Shown piece after piece: positions 38,060 to 51,175 of a DNA stretch of 64,000 bases. The stretch's first letter is position 1, and each line of letters opens with the position of its first letter. Origin of the DNA: Amphiscolops sp. MND2022 (Eukaryota); assembly GCA_964187785.1 (NCBI GenBank), contig OZ076409.1, positions 62,312,001-62,376,000 on the forward strand, in the 5' to 3' direction. A program made the translations under genes and the position numbers. The notes beneath the pieces were generated by a model. That model made no database searches, was not told the origin of the DNA, and worked only from the letters and a program-made list of their open reading frames with translations.

Positions 38060-38733
38060 GAGATGTGTTTACCAATGTGTTTCCCATCAGTTGCTGCAGA
38101 ATTATCAAACACAACTGAAGCACTCTTAGCCAGTCTTATTAGACTTGGACACGAGACTGCGATAGAAAACACAAAGCAGGATCCATTACAGAAAACTGTA
38201 TTAGGAGTTCTACTATCTGGGAAAAAGAAATCTCTGAATTATAACTATTTTAAGAAACCCATGATTGAGAAATCAGTCTATGATTGTATGGAAAAGTTTT
38301 CAGTTGTAGCTTTAGTCATCGTGTGCTTGCGATGAAACAATTTATATGAGCAATCAATTCATTCCTGCAAACTTTGCCAAAAAATTCCGTGCAATTGTTA
38401 CAAGCTATTCCATGTTCCCGAGTTTCCACTTTCATATCCATACGCGTACTAGCATTTCATGTATACGAGTTATAGCGATACTTATTTCATGTTTGATCCT
38501 GAAATAGTTCATTCGACTTCAAAATGCTGAATCATTGGCTCCTTTAGTTTGATTGATTTTCTTGTTTAGCGGGAAAGCTTCGCTTTGCGCGTGAGAGGTT
38601 GTCATTTTCAAGATTGATTAGATTGACTGAAACAGATTTCAACTGTTAAAAATCTCAAATTTTGGTATACTTCATTTTCTGCCAACTAATCTGCAACTTG
38701 GGATCTCATGAATGACGGAACCACCCATGTCCG
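38060..38733 (+). mobile_element. 3' fragment of a hAT-like element
   Basis: 38196-38733 is an inverted copy of 48927-49460; TSISCIRVIAIL resembles the hAT C-terminal dimerisation motif (S..CERxFS). Confidence 0.55.
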
Positions 38734-39743
38734 AAACTCTTGAATTTAAATAAGGTTTTAAAACGATGTTACATAGCATTGCACGCATTTTCATTTTGAT
38801 GTCTCTGAAATTAGGAACCGTGGACCAAAAAATTGAAAAAAACAGTGCAGATTTTGTTTTTCCAGTTTCCGTTGGTGACCACTTCATCCCACTGGTATCA
38901 AGGTTGGGCCGATTAGACTTTTTCAAAAATGCATGATTAAGATACGATTTTAAAATTCAAAAACTTGAAACAGCTCGTAGTAATACAATTTACAAAATTC
39001 CCGAGAAAAAAATCATTGTTAAATTGAAAATGGTCGGGAGAATTTTATGTCAGTATTTTTTGGAATTCCTGCATACAACAGTGGAAAACTCATATCATTT
39101 TTCACTGATGAGGGCATTCACTGTAGTTGGCGGGGTCCGACTTTCCGCATCTTTCCCTTTTACAGATTGAACTTTCCAGAACTCGTTTAAAATATATCAA
39201 CGGGAAATATAATCGGTTAATTGAATCAAGGTCTGTTTGCCACTTAATAGGCACTTCGCCAATGTCATTGACTGAATTTTCATTTTTGAACTCCTTCGCA
39301 AATTTGGTCGTTGGCACAGTAGGGTTGGTCATTTTACTTGACAAACTTACCCGAGTTAAAGGCTTATCAATTCACAATTGAGATTAGTTTAGTTGAGTGT
39401 CATACCAATTGTGGTATGATCGCTGAGCAAGTTTTATCAATTTTTACTGAATCTTCTAAATAATGCTATCAAGACCTAATGTCTTTGCAGAGCTCAGGAT
39501 CAGATAAGATCAGGATCTACGTGATCATCTAAATTTGACTTTCGGTTGTCACAGCCACTACTGAATGTGCTGGCCATATACAATTTTTTCTAAAAATTAT
39601 AATGCTGACAATAAATCGTGTTTCTATGACTTTCATCTCGTCAAAAAAGATCTTCATTTAAAAAATCATTCTAATTTCTACTGAAAAATTGGAAATTTAT
39701 AAAATCACATTTACACAAATGACAATTGAGCAATTATTTGAGA

Positions 39744-42700
39744 CTAAAACTTGAAAATGTCTAAATTGCAATTATCAACACAAGACACAGAATTGAGAAT
39801 GGCGGGCAAATCAGAGGAGTCCTTCTGTTCAATACACATAAACAATTCACGACATTTCTCTTCACACTGTTTTATATCTTTGTCAACTTCTTTTGAGCTC
39901 TCTAAAAACTTCTCCCCGAGTTCCACCAAACGCTGTAAGTCATGTTTTGAACTCCGTTTTTCTTCATTTGCAATGGACTCCAATAAACTCTTCTGGATTT
40001 CAAGCTGCTCAGTGAGTTTAGCACAAAACCTCAAGTTGGATTCCGGATCGATCTGATACGACGGCACATTGATGTTTTCAAAGAAGAATCGGTGTCTTGT
40101 GGAATCAACCAGCAAGGCGAATTTGGTGAAAAGGGGCAAAAAATTGTTCAATTTCGCTGCAAGTTTGGCAGTCTGTTCACTTTGCACTGAAATTAAGTCC
40201 CATATAACTTGATTGTAAGCCTGTTTTTCTGAATCCATTTTCAATTGACAAATTTGATCTTCTAGTCGGTTGTTTTCTTCAGCTAAGGCAGTAAGTTGCG
40301 AAAACGCTGATGCTTTCCTCTTTTTATGTGCATCTTCTAACGTTTTGGACAGAAAAACGGATCTCAGGTAGCGATTGTACACAGAAATAGTTTCAGGTGT
40401 ATTCTTAAAGGCTTGACTTTTTGAGCAGGAAAATGACGCAGAACTTTTGATTGGGGCAGCATTAATGCCAACTACTGCAGCATGAATGTTTCTGGTATCT
40501 TTAATTGACTCTGCAGATGATGTTGAACTGCAAGTCGCATTTCTCCTCAAGTCTGAGCTTTCTAAATCAACGCTGTCCGTTGTGATGTCACTGGTTACTG
40601 ACTGCTCGAACGTATCGTGTCCAGCATCAGGTTTAAACTGGCAAGTGTTTTCTTGGTTCTCAATTGAATCTGCCAACTCCAGGGCTTCAAAAAGTGACAT
40701 TTTTTCGACTCTGTTTTGTACCATTCTTCCATGTGATGGTGTTTCCTGATTTGCACAGGATCGAACACTGTTGAGAGGAGTTTCTGCATGTCTTTCACCT
40801 AAACATTTGTAAGATGGTGAAAAATTTACCCGTCGAAAATTGTCCAAAAGCCTAATTTTAACAGGTGCTGTTTTCTTTTCCGCTATATCATTAGTAATCG
40901 GCGCTATATGAACTATAGATCGCTATTTTAAAGGTTTTCGTCAGTTTTTTGAATCATTTTTTTTCATCCGCAAGTTCAAAATTAATACACTATGGTAGCA
41001 AAAAGCGACGTACAGCTGAAAATCAAATCTTATTCAGTTTGTGAAGAACTTTTTTCATTCTCAACCGGAAGTGAAATCAATCACTCTTGAATTAAACATT
41101 GTTGAAAATGGTCAAACCTTTGGATTCATACGTTGTTTGCAAAATCGTTACACTCCGCGAAATGGGTTTATCATACAAAGAAATTAAAGAAAAGTTGGGT
41201 CTTAAATCTCGATCGACAGCTCAAACAGCTTATCAGCGTTTTTTAAGAACGAACTCTTATGTGGCGAAAAAACCTCCAGGCCGGCCAGAAAAGCTCAGCG
41301 AAAAAGAGCAAAGACTAATAGTTCGAAGAGTGGAAAAAGACCCAAAAACAACATTAGAACGAGTAAGAGTACTGCAAAACTCTTTTTCAACGTCAAAGAC
41401 AGTTTCTAAATGCACTATTCGAAGAATCCTGAAGAAGTACGGAATTGTTTCTAGAAAAGCCGCAAAAAAGTTTAACTTGAACAAAAAACAAAGGCTGGTC
41501 AGAAAACGCTGGTGCTCGAGAATGTTGAAAAAGCCCCTTGGTTTTTATCCAGCGTCAATTTTCACCGAAAAGGGGAAAAAGTTATGGAATTTTTTGAAAG
41601 AAAAAATATTTGAGAAAAATCTCAAAGTGCCGAAAAAACCAAAACGAAATAAAAAATTTTATCAAATCAATCACTTTGGTAGAGTGAACTAATAGCGCTT
41701 TTGATGGTGCTGTCAATGATACAAGACGAGAACATCTAAAGTCGGCGCTAAACCTAAGGCTCAAAAAGCGCAAAGTGTAGAAACTCTGCTCAGAACTTTT
41801 ATGAAAAGACAAAAAACCTCAAAACACAAAAATATCATAAAGTTTGAAAGGGGACCCTTTAGTCTCGTTCGGTTTCGTATGTTACGTTAAAAAAGAGAAA
41901 ATGAGAGGGGGACCTTCTGCACTACCTTAGATGCATATTCGCTGGCCAGATTTGGGTGTTATTGTAAGCTTGAAGAAGGTTGTTTTTGTTTCATTCGAAC
42001 TTTTGCATTTTTGTTCTGAAATTCGGCTGGATGGAAACTAGGCTTCTGGGAAAACGTCGTATTCTCAGACGAAACCCGTGTGCGCTTGAATAGTGATGGC
42101 GTTGTGCGGGTGTTCAGGAAAACTGGTCGTCGCTTTTGCCCGAAAAACACACAGGGAATACGCACAGACAAAAGATCTATGATGTTTTGGGGGGCCATCA
42201 GATCAGATGGTAGGAAAATGCTAATTAAATGTCCCGCAACACTCAACAGTTACGGATATTTGGAGATTTTAAAGCAATACGATCGACATTTGAATATACC
42301 GGATTTGGTGTTCCAGCAAGACAACGCCCCAGTACACAAAAGTGAAGTTGTTCGCAATTTTCTGGCCCAAGAGCAATGGGAGGTGCTGGATTGGCCAGCT
42401 TACAGTCCTGACCTGAATCCTATTGAAAATATTTGGGCCATTTTTAAAAAAGCTTGCGATGTCAGATTGTTACCTGGGAGAATTTAGAAGAAAAGGTTAT
42501 GGAAGTGTGGAACAACATAAACCCTGATGTTGTTCGCAACTTGTACTCATCGTATGAGAATCGTCTGGTGAAGGTAATCAAAAACCATGGTAGTTTGACG
42601 GGATATTGATTTATTATTTGTTTCAACAGTTGTTTCAAATTTTACTGTTCTGAGTTTTTTTTAAAAAAATGTTGGTGTACGTAGCTTTTCGATACCATAG

Positions 42701-43188
42701 TGTAGCTCCAGCGGTTACGTTTGTTCACACTCTCAATAAGAATTTTTCTTACTTCCAAGCCTCAAAAATAATCATTGAATTATAGGTGTAGAATTCAATG
42801 TGTAGAATAATAGGTGTAGAACTTGAATCGAATCAGTTTGTATTTCTATTGAAGTATTATACACGGAATAAAAGTCAGACCTTTCAAAGTAGTTCTTACT
42901 TTTGATAGGAAGACCCAATATATCGCGCTCTACTCTCATAGCCTGTCGATGCGACTCAACCAGGGGTCGACACTTCCGACTGCTTGCTGAAGCGCCTGAT
43001 GACGTCACACCAGATCTGACACTGTTGCTGGTGTTTACAGGTGTACTGATTGGTTTCAGTTGCTGTCTCGTCCCCGGAGGCTTTGACTTGCATCCATCTG
43101 CGGTAGGTGGACGTGTGCTCAAAGTACTGCTACCACTCGTTTTGTTTCTCCTTTCCAGTGAATTGAACTTTTGACTGGAGTTATTCAT
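39744..43188 (-). CDS. HAUS8: HAUS augmin-like complex subunit 8, ~482 aa; exons 43188-42900 and 40903-39744
   Basis: Basic Ser/Thr-rich N-terminus with LVESHRQ; coiled-coil C-terminal half with FTKFALLVDSTRHRF matching HAUS8 YRTFATALDTTRHEL; phase-1 intron AAAA|GTAAG...CATATAG; acceptor choice uncertain by a few codons. Confidence 0.75.
40988..42702 (+). mobile_element. Tc1 element with disrupted transposase, in the HAUS8 intron
   Basis: 26-bp imperfect TIRs CACTATGGTAGCAAAAAGCGACGTAC; TA TSD; HTH part 41099-41540, then VFSDET/QQDNAPVH/SPDLNPIEN at 42040-42609 with a frameshift at ~42450; interrupted by a ~500-bp insertion. Confidence 0.92.
41541..42038. mobile_element. MITE-like insertion in the Tc1 transposase, itself containing a HINE 3' fragment (41721-41960, minus)
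   Basis: Imperfect inverted ends GTTTTTATCCAGC / GCTGGATGGAAAC; removing it restores KPLGFWENVVFSDET. Confidence 0.6.
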
Positions 43189-43499
43189 ACTTCTGAAAAT
43201 GATAGGCACTGAAAACAAACTGTCTAGATGCGAATAAATGAGTTTATAACAACTTGGTAACCTCAATACAATCTTGTTGAGGGATAATTCAAGTCTAAAT
43301 AATTCACCTTTACTTCGGGAATTACTTTTATCAGTTAATCGATGATTGAATTCAATGAAAATTCCAAAGCGTCATCATATATCAAGTGTTGTATTTTATT
43401 GTAGTAAAAGCTACAGGGTGCGAGATTAGTTTCCGGAGTATTATCTTTTCGAATTTCGGGTGATGTAGATCGAGAGGTAATTGGAATTCACTGTAATGG

Positions 43500-44800
43500 A
43501 ATTACAGTTAATTGGTTTAGTTCTTCGTTCTCTGAGCAGGTTGCTTTCCTTTCGATGTTTGGCCGCATATTCGGCCACCTAAAGATGTGCATCAGTGAAC
43601 ATTTTGACTCCGGAGACATGAAAAAAAATTCTTTCATTTATGATTTTTTTCAGCAGTCAAAAGTCCTCTTTTTTGTAACCTTAAGAGGTTGACCGGATTC
43701 TACTACATTCAGGGCTGCATACAGGAGACATTTCGGAATGATTTCCAGTAAAAATTCCCTCATCTGCTCGTCAATATTTTGACTACATATAGTTCACTGG
43801 TGTCTGCCGGCTTTCCGTCTTCGATACAGAACTGTACCTCGATAAGGTCGGGGATTGCGGCCGTCTTTTATTAGGATTTCCAAGTCTAGCATCAAGTCCA
43901 GTTCGGCAGCCCTAACATTCGAGGGCATTCTAGTGTTTGTTCAGATGTATTTTCTCGCGAGCCCGTATTAGGCATGGTTTCATCCGATCTTTTGTGATTG
44001 GCTGGTACAGCGACCTCATGTCTTGTTCACTGTTGCTAATTGAGCGATGGCGTAAATTACAAACTTCGTACACTTCCGGCATTGGTGGCTATGTTCGATT
44101 TTTGCTAATACAAACCTTGAATTTCATCTCCTTTCCTGTTTTTTTTTTGAAATGCAACATCACAATGAGTCTATCCAGCCATCTGGTGATTCGAGCACTA
44201 TACTGTTTGCTGGCTTTGTTCATCTTCAGTAATGGTTTCAGGGTTTGTGGTCGGAGTGAAGACTCATTGGTTTTGCGTATAAATGACATCGGAATCGTTG
44301 TAAAACTAAAACTACGGAAAATCTCAAATTTAATACTTCTCTGCGTCGTTAAGATATCTGCTGGCAAATACTATAGGTTTTAATTGTTTTACTGTTGCGA
44401 GAATGCGACAGCTAGCCCGATTTCGCAATCTCAGTAAAGACTATGATTTCTTTCCCCCGTTGTAGTAGGCACGGCATGTGAGGTTTGTTAGTTCTTCTTT
44501 CAGTTTGAAGTCGTTTCTTTCCTCTTCCCTTTCTCTATTTTTAGGAGCTGGCGTATTTTGTCTGTTTCCTCAGATAGGTTCGTTATAAAATTCGCAAAGT
44601 ATTGTATTGCACCGAGAAAGGATATAAATCGGTAATCTTTGCGTTGTTTGTATCGTGCGTTAACCCAAGTTTTCTTCAGGAATTTGATTTCGTTTGTTTA
44701 TGTCTTGAAATCTTTTAGCGGTGAAATATCGCTCCATTTGTATGTTCATGAGATATATGGCATGATTGTCACCGGTGATCCTGCGTGGATGATGAATAGC
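43500..44800 (-). pseudogene. Decayed, internally deleted pol remnant related to the Gypsy element at 12261-18220
   Basis: KQYSARITRWLDRL, AIAQLATV, LDLMLDLE and WPNMR segments match the full element. Confidence 0.8.
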
Positions 44801-45348
44801 TGTTGCATGCAATATAGCAATCTGTTCACAGACTTGGTTCCCGCTTTAATTTTCTGGTAAAACAACAGGAAGTGTGGTTTCATGAAAAGCAATAGCTACT
44901 CTTTCCTTTTCAGTTCTGTACGAGTGTTTAGATTCTTCAAAGAAAAAGCGGCCATAAAAGACTTGCTTAAATTCTTAATATCAAAAGAGCACAGGTCCAA
45001 TTCCGTGAGAAAACTGGAAGACCTGTGTTAAATTTCAATGTCGACTTTCAAAGAAGGTTTCCAGGTTGAACAAAAAAAATGATCATTTGAATCCTGCTGC
45101 TAAATAAAAACCAGCCCAAGGCATACAATTCGAAGAAAAATGACAATATATCAAAATACTATTCGTCTTCTCGTCCCCTATGTCAAGTTCATATAAAAGA
45201 AATTTCAGGGTGACTTAAATTCAGGTAATCCCAGGTTGTCAGAACATACTCATCATACTATGATCATACTAATTTCATACGATTTAATAATTAATTCACA
45301 ATAATTGTCATTATTACTATTAATTTGAATTTTTACACTGCCCTCGTA

Positions 45349-46975
45349 CAGTGCCTCACGAAAGTGTAACAATAGATAGGCATATTTCTAATAAAGGGTA
45401 TTTTAGTTCATAGACAAATGTTATGTTAGAAACAACCATATAATAAAACAACCATACTCTTCTCATGTTGTTTTCAATCACCGGAAGTTGTTTTTCTTCA
45501 CGCTTTTTTCTGGTTGCACGTTGAATCATAAAACATTTATTGTTACAATTTCGTGTGCGCCATTACAAAAAGCAAAAACCACTTCCTACATTATTTCAAC
45601 TGTTAAATTTCCGTTTACAATTTTCATTCTTTGTCACTCACAGTCTCTAATTACTTGTTTCTGTTATGAAAGTTATACCCATCTCAACCAAAACGCAGAT
45701 TTTCGAGTATGTAGCGGAGGGTTTATCTACAAGGCAAATTGCCAAGAAGGTGCCATCTGTTAGTCATATGACGGTGACCCGATTGAGGAGCGAGCATTTC
45801 AATGGCCTTGCAAAACCAAAAGCAGGTCGTCCATCAAAATTAACTCCATATGACAAAAGAAAACTCGTCCGAGACATGTCGTCAGGAAGGATACAAACAG
45901 CTGTTGATGCGGCTAAAGAGCTCTCAAATACAATGGAAACACAATTGCACCCTGAAGCTATCCGGCGAGTATTGAGGAAAAGTGGTTTGAAAGCAATCAA
46001 GAAAAAGAAGAAACCTTTCTTGAGTAGAAAACACAGACAACAAAGATTGGAATTCGCACGGAAGTATTCCAACTGGACACCAGAAGATTTCAAGCGTGTC
46101 ATATGGTCTGATGAAACCAAAATAAACAGATTTGGTTCCGATGGGCTCCAGTGGGTGTGGAAAAAGCCTAAAGCACCATTATTGGACTGCCACGTGCAGG
46201 GTACGTTTAAACACGGAGGTGGAAGCCTGATGCTATGGGGATGTATGACTTCTTTGGGAATTGGTCAGGCGTGTAAAATAGAGGGAAACATGGACAGCCA
46301 GCTTTATTGCGAGATTTTATCAGATAATCTCATGGGTACAATACGACACTATGGATGGGGACGAGATGACGTCGTTTTTCAACAGGATAACGACCCTAAA
46401 CACACCTCAAAATTGGCGAAAGACTGGTTTGAGGAAAATGGAATAACAGTTATGGACTGGCCTCCTCAATCACCGGATTTAAATCCAATTGAACACCTTT
46501 GGCACACGCTGAAGTACCAATTGCGAATGTATTCTAAACCTCCTGAGAGCGTTGCTGAGCTGTGGGAACGGGTGCAAGACGAGTGGAACAAAATACCAGT
46601 TGAGACAGTTCAAAACCTTATCGATAGTATGCCCAAGCGCATAAACGCTGTTTTGAAGGCTCGGGGTGGTTATACTAAATACTGAAACACTGTTCCTGTT
46701 CTTATATTCTGTTTTTTTAAGTGTATAAAAACGTTTATTCAAATTCATTTTCTAAAACATAACCACACACGAAATTGTAACAATACAATTTTTCAGTAGA
46801 GTGCTTGTGAATACATGTAAAAAACTCGAAAATATAAACCAAAACAATATACATTAATGCAACGTGTTTAACAAACATATTGAAAGCTTACTTAGTTTAA
46901 ATGCTGTACCCTTCTGAGAGAAAAAGAAGATCTCACTTTTTTAAAAGTCTATTGTTACAATTTCGTTAGGCACTG
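45349..46975 (+). mobile_element. Full-length Tc1 DNA transposon
   Basis: 28-bp TIRs CAGTGCCTCACGAAAGTGTAACAATAGA (2 mismatches); TA TSD on both sides. Confidence 0.97.
45666..46685 (+). CDS. Intact Tc1 transposase, DD34E, 339 aa
   Basis: HTH with GRPSKL linker; WSDETKINRFG, FQQDNDPKH, SPDLNPIE with 34 residues between D and E; GGYTKY end. Confidence 0.96.
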   Translation: MKVIPISTKTQIFEYVAEGLSTRQIAKKVPSVSHMTVTRLRSEHFNGLAKPKAGRPSKLTPYDKRKLVRDMSSGRIQTAVDAAKELSNTMETQLHPEAIRRVLRKSGLKAIKKKKKPFLSRKHRQQRLEFARKYSNWTPEDFKRVIWSDETKINRFGSDGLQWVWKKPKAPLLDCHVQGTFKHGGGSLMLWGCMTSLGIGQACKIEGNMDSQLYCEILSDNLMGTIRHYGWGRDDVVFQQDNDPKHTSKLAKDWFEENGITVMDWPPQSPDLNPIEHLWHTLKYQLRMYSKPPESVAELWERVQDEWNKIPVETVQNLIDSMPKRINAVLKARGGYTKY

Positions 46976-48390
46976 TATATGTGAAATCTATTATTTTATC
47001 ATGTGAGGAAATTCAGTGTTTTTTACTATGATCATGGTCATTTCATGATCATGATCTTGCCAAGATCTTACCATGGCGACCATGTTTCATAGTATGATCA
47101 TACTATGACCATCATGTTTCATACTATGAACATAGTATGAAAACCATATTTCAAGAGAAAAAACGCAGTAAGAATGTCGGACATGGCAGCCACCTGTGCA
47201 CATAGTTAACAGAAATTGTTTGCCGAAGTCCTATGCTGTATTTTTAGGGAGGCACTCAGTTCCTGAGATACATAGTTCAAATAAAATATTCAAAATTTCC
47301 GTACTGTCGATTATTCTCAGACAAACACTGATTGATCGTTAAAAGACTTGGCAATGAAAAATGAAAATCAAACTCCAATAAAATAGGTTTTGCTTGGGAA
47401 TGGTATAAACTGAAAATCAGTATCACTTTTCATTTTACTGCAAAGCAGTGACTTTGAAGTTGGTTAAAGAATACAACTCTGGGGCCTTTTTTATAGAGAA
47501 ATGGTGTCTGGGGATGGTTCGTTCACAAGGTCCCAAAATTAATTGCTTTACACTGATATAACCCAACTGACACGTGATAAACGTACGTTGTTTTCATCTG
47601 CATCAACCAGCACTGTTTACCAGAGCGCAATGGTAAGCAGTGAAGAACTTGACATTGGGAATTGGTTCTCAGAGCATGTAAATCTTTCTACGTTCAAAAA
47701 CGGTGACGGAATACGTTCTCTATAAAAGACCAGTTGTGGATAACAAATTTCCTCATCCACAGTTGGAATAACAATCATGAACTTGCTGAATAAGATATAA
47801 CCAACTATTTCTGAACAAATTACATTTATTTGTTCAACATTTTATAAGAACATTTTATACAAGCAAGTAGTTATTAGGTAATTCAAAACGACCTAGACGC
47901 ACGATAACAGGGAATAACACAATCAGTGGGCCTTTTCCAATAAATGCCTAGAACATTTTGGCCTGGGATTTTATCAAATGCAAAAAATGCCCCCAGCTAC
48001 CGCTACCGCACCACGATGACTCACTTTGGATCATATGCGTCAGTGTTGTTTTATTTCAGTTTGGTAATATCAAATGATTTTATATTTATCAATTCTAGCA
48101 AAATATTGTTAGTAAACATAGAAACATCCAGGATTAGATTAGCTGGTATTTTGAGAGAACGCTAGAAATTAATCCCTTATAAAACATGTTCTTCGGTGAT
48201 GAAAAATACAAGGAACATTTTCCCGACAGAATGAAAAGTGGATCTTGAGAACAACGACCCCCATGGACACCCCTCAAGACAGACATGACCTCTTGAAGGC
48301 AGGCCTCCAAGTCCTAATGCAAGAAATCATTGTTGGCTAGTTTCGAAATATCGGTTTGAATTAGGCTTGAAATGAAAACAATACTATTAA

Positions 48391-48876
48391 CCCTAAATGG
48401 ACGAGGAAATTTCCGAAGCCATCCAAAAATCTGCATAAACTTCAAAACGCAATGTCTTCTAAACTATTCGAGTCTGACAAAAGATTTATAGCGCGTTGGA
48501 AAGCTTTCCAACTGATTTCAAAACGACTGAGGCTCCGCAAAACCTTGCACGCCTCGTGGCTCTGCAAGTCAATGTGTTTCAAAACGATCCAACCTTGATA
48601 CCAGTGAAATAAAGTGGCCACAAACGGAAACTGGAAAAACAGAAAAGCTGCCGTTTTTTTCAATTTTTTGGTCCACATTTCTTGATTTCGGAGACATGAA
48701 ACCAATAATTCGTGAAACTGCGTGCAATGCTATGTAATATTGTTTTAAAATCTTATTCAAATTCAAGAGTTTTTGCCCAAACGTTCAGTTAGTGCTTTGA
48801 GAAGTTTGCAAAAACTCATTGGTAAGAATTCATCCCAATCGTCCTGTCATGACTATTATGACACGTCCATTTAGGG
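48391..48876. mobile_element. piggyBac-type MITE
   Basis: 13-bp TIR CCCTAAATGGACG, flanked by TTAA and TTAG. Confidence 0.75.
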
Positions 48877-48926
48877 TTAGTTAGTACCAGTTTTTAGTAG
48901 AAAGAACACTGTTCGAGTCCCTCAAC

Positions 48927-50767
48927 CGGACATGGGTGGTTCCGTCTTCATGAGATCCCAAGTTGCAGATTAGTTGGCAGAAAATGAACTATACCAAAAT
49001 TTGAGATTTTTAACAGTTGAAATCTGCTTCAGTCAATCTAATCAATCTTGAAAATGACAACCTCTCACGCGCAAAGCGAAGCTTTCCCGCTAAACAAGAA
49101 AATCAATCAAACTAAAGGAGCCAATGATTCAGCATTTTGAAATCGAATGAACTATTTCAGGATTAAACATGAAATAAGTATCGCTATAACTCGTATACAT
49201 AAAATGCTAGTACGCGTATGGATATGGAAGTGAATACTCGGGAACATGGAATAGCTTGTAACAATTGCAGGGAATTTTTTGGCAAAGTTTGCAGGAATGA
49301 ATTGATTGCACATATAAATTGTTTCATCGCAAGCACACAATGACTAAAGCTACAACTGAAAACTTTTCAATACAATCATAGACTGACTTCTTAATCATAG
49401 GCTTCTTAAAATATTTTTAATTCAGTGACTACTTCCAGATAATAGAACTCCTAATATAGTGTAAGTTCTAGAGACTTCCAACCACTTCAGCACCAATAAA
49501 AAACACTGCTCGTAACCATTTGGATTTTTAAATTTCATTTACTTCGATCACATTGCCTGAACATTATCAAGCACATTTGAAGAACGAGAATCACGGTATC
49601 CTTATCCCAAATCTGCCGTATCTGATCACGCTCCTGTCCTGTTAGCTTCAAAAAGTACTTTACGTTATTGTAACCTTTATCTCTTGATTATTTGATACAA
49701 CCCAGGGACCAATTCCATGAGTTGACATAAGTGGCCTTTGTTTTTCCGCACGCAATCTTCGTGTATTTTGAATCAGGAAACATCCTTCTATACAAACGTA
49801 CATCCCTTCTAAAATCATCGCTTGATCGAAATGAATTCCCATCACGCACCAACTTCAAACAATGGTAACTAAGTGCGTTTAACATCAAATCCTGCGAATC
49901 ATTCTGAGCAACCAGTGCGCTCTTGACATCTTGAGTATTCTTCCGCGCAGCTACTGCTCTCAGATGTTCAGCGGAATCCTGGTGTTTCCTCAAACATTTA
50001 CTTCTTTGTTTCAATGATATTTTGCGGTTACAGATTGAACATATACACCGGTGCTCATCGTCGGGGTCACCTCTGGACCACGAAAATTCATTTCACATTG
50101 AAGCATTGTATTTGGAAAATATTTCTATCTACAATACTTTTGGTGTTTAGCAACATAAGAATTCACATGAGATTGAAAGTATGGACAACTATACTGCATA
50201 TGGCAGGAAAAAATCGACTTAAGAAGCACTGAATAAGAAAAACCTGCGTCAAAGCCAATTTAAACACTAAAAGTACACCTTTGTTCAAAAGTACACCAAA
50301 GTACACTAGTCGCCCCGAAGTACACTACTCTGTTGTGCTTAATAAGAGGGGGGTCATATTTAGAGGGGGGGTCTAGCAAATTTCTGGCGGACAGTAAGAG
50401 GGGGGGTCTAAATTACAGGGGGGGTCTAAACAGCTCCTGAATTCTAGAAAACATTTTTAAAGCAGAAAAATTAAACTGAAACGCATCTTTTACAAATGTT
50501 TATACAAAACAAAAGTTATTTTCCGGCCGGTTTTCTGAATTTTCGTCTTTGTTGATTGATTTCCGAGATCAGTTTGTTGAAAAATGGCCGTAGCTTGTGG
50601 GTATTTGCTCTTTCTGCCAGGGTTCGAACCTGGGCGTGAGCTTTTTTTTCTTTCGTGTTTGCTACCAGGGGGGGTCATAATAAGAGGGGGGGTCCCTGAT
50701 TTTCAGGCAGAGACAGTAGTAGGTACCCCCCCTCTTATTAAGCACAACAGAGTAAGTGGCCACCCTG
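48927..50767 (-). mobile_element. Internally deleted hAT-like element
   Basis: End CAGGGTGGCCAC at 50767 with AAGTACAC subterminal repeats; transposase remnant MFPDSKYTKIACGKTKATY (49688-50014); no TSD found. Confidence 0.65.
50328..50752. mobile_element. Tc1/mariner (pogo/Tc2-type) MITE inserted in the hAT end
   Basis: Perfect TIR CTCTGTTGTGCTTAATAAGAGGGGGG; TA TSD; internal AGAGGGGGGGTC repeats. Confidence 0.88.
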
Positions 50768-51175
50768 GTTCTACACTTGTCCTGGCCCGGTTCCATCTCT
50801 AGTACTTTCCATCCGAGTTGTTATATAATCCATCCATATTGTTAAATAAATTATATAGGAAAATTATCAGTGTAGTTCAATTCGAACAGATGAAAAAATT
50901 TGGACCAACCTTTCAAAATCGGAACCCACCTCCTTCGGAAGACAAGGATCTTGTCAGTTCAATAACTACTAAGTGATCAGCAATTTTACCTGTTTTCGTC
51001 GGTCTCAAAAAAAGTGACTGTAATAGTCAGGCGATTTTAGTCTCGACTAACAGCACCGATTATTTTTAGTCGGCGCCTTTTCCCTCGAGGAAAAAGCCCG
51101 ACTATTACAGCGGGTAATTTTTTTCAGTTCACTCTGAATGGTCCACTTTTTTGTTCATTTGTTCAACTATTTAGC

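Noticed and set aside
38196..49460. Composite transposon carrying HAUS8
   Set aside because: Both copies are the same 3' end with termini facing inward; no outer TSD
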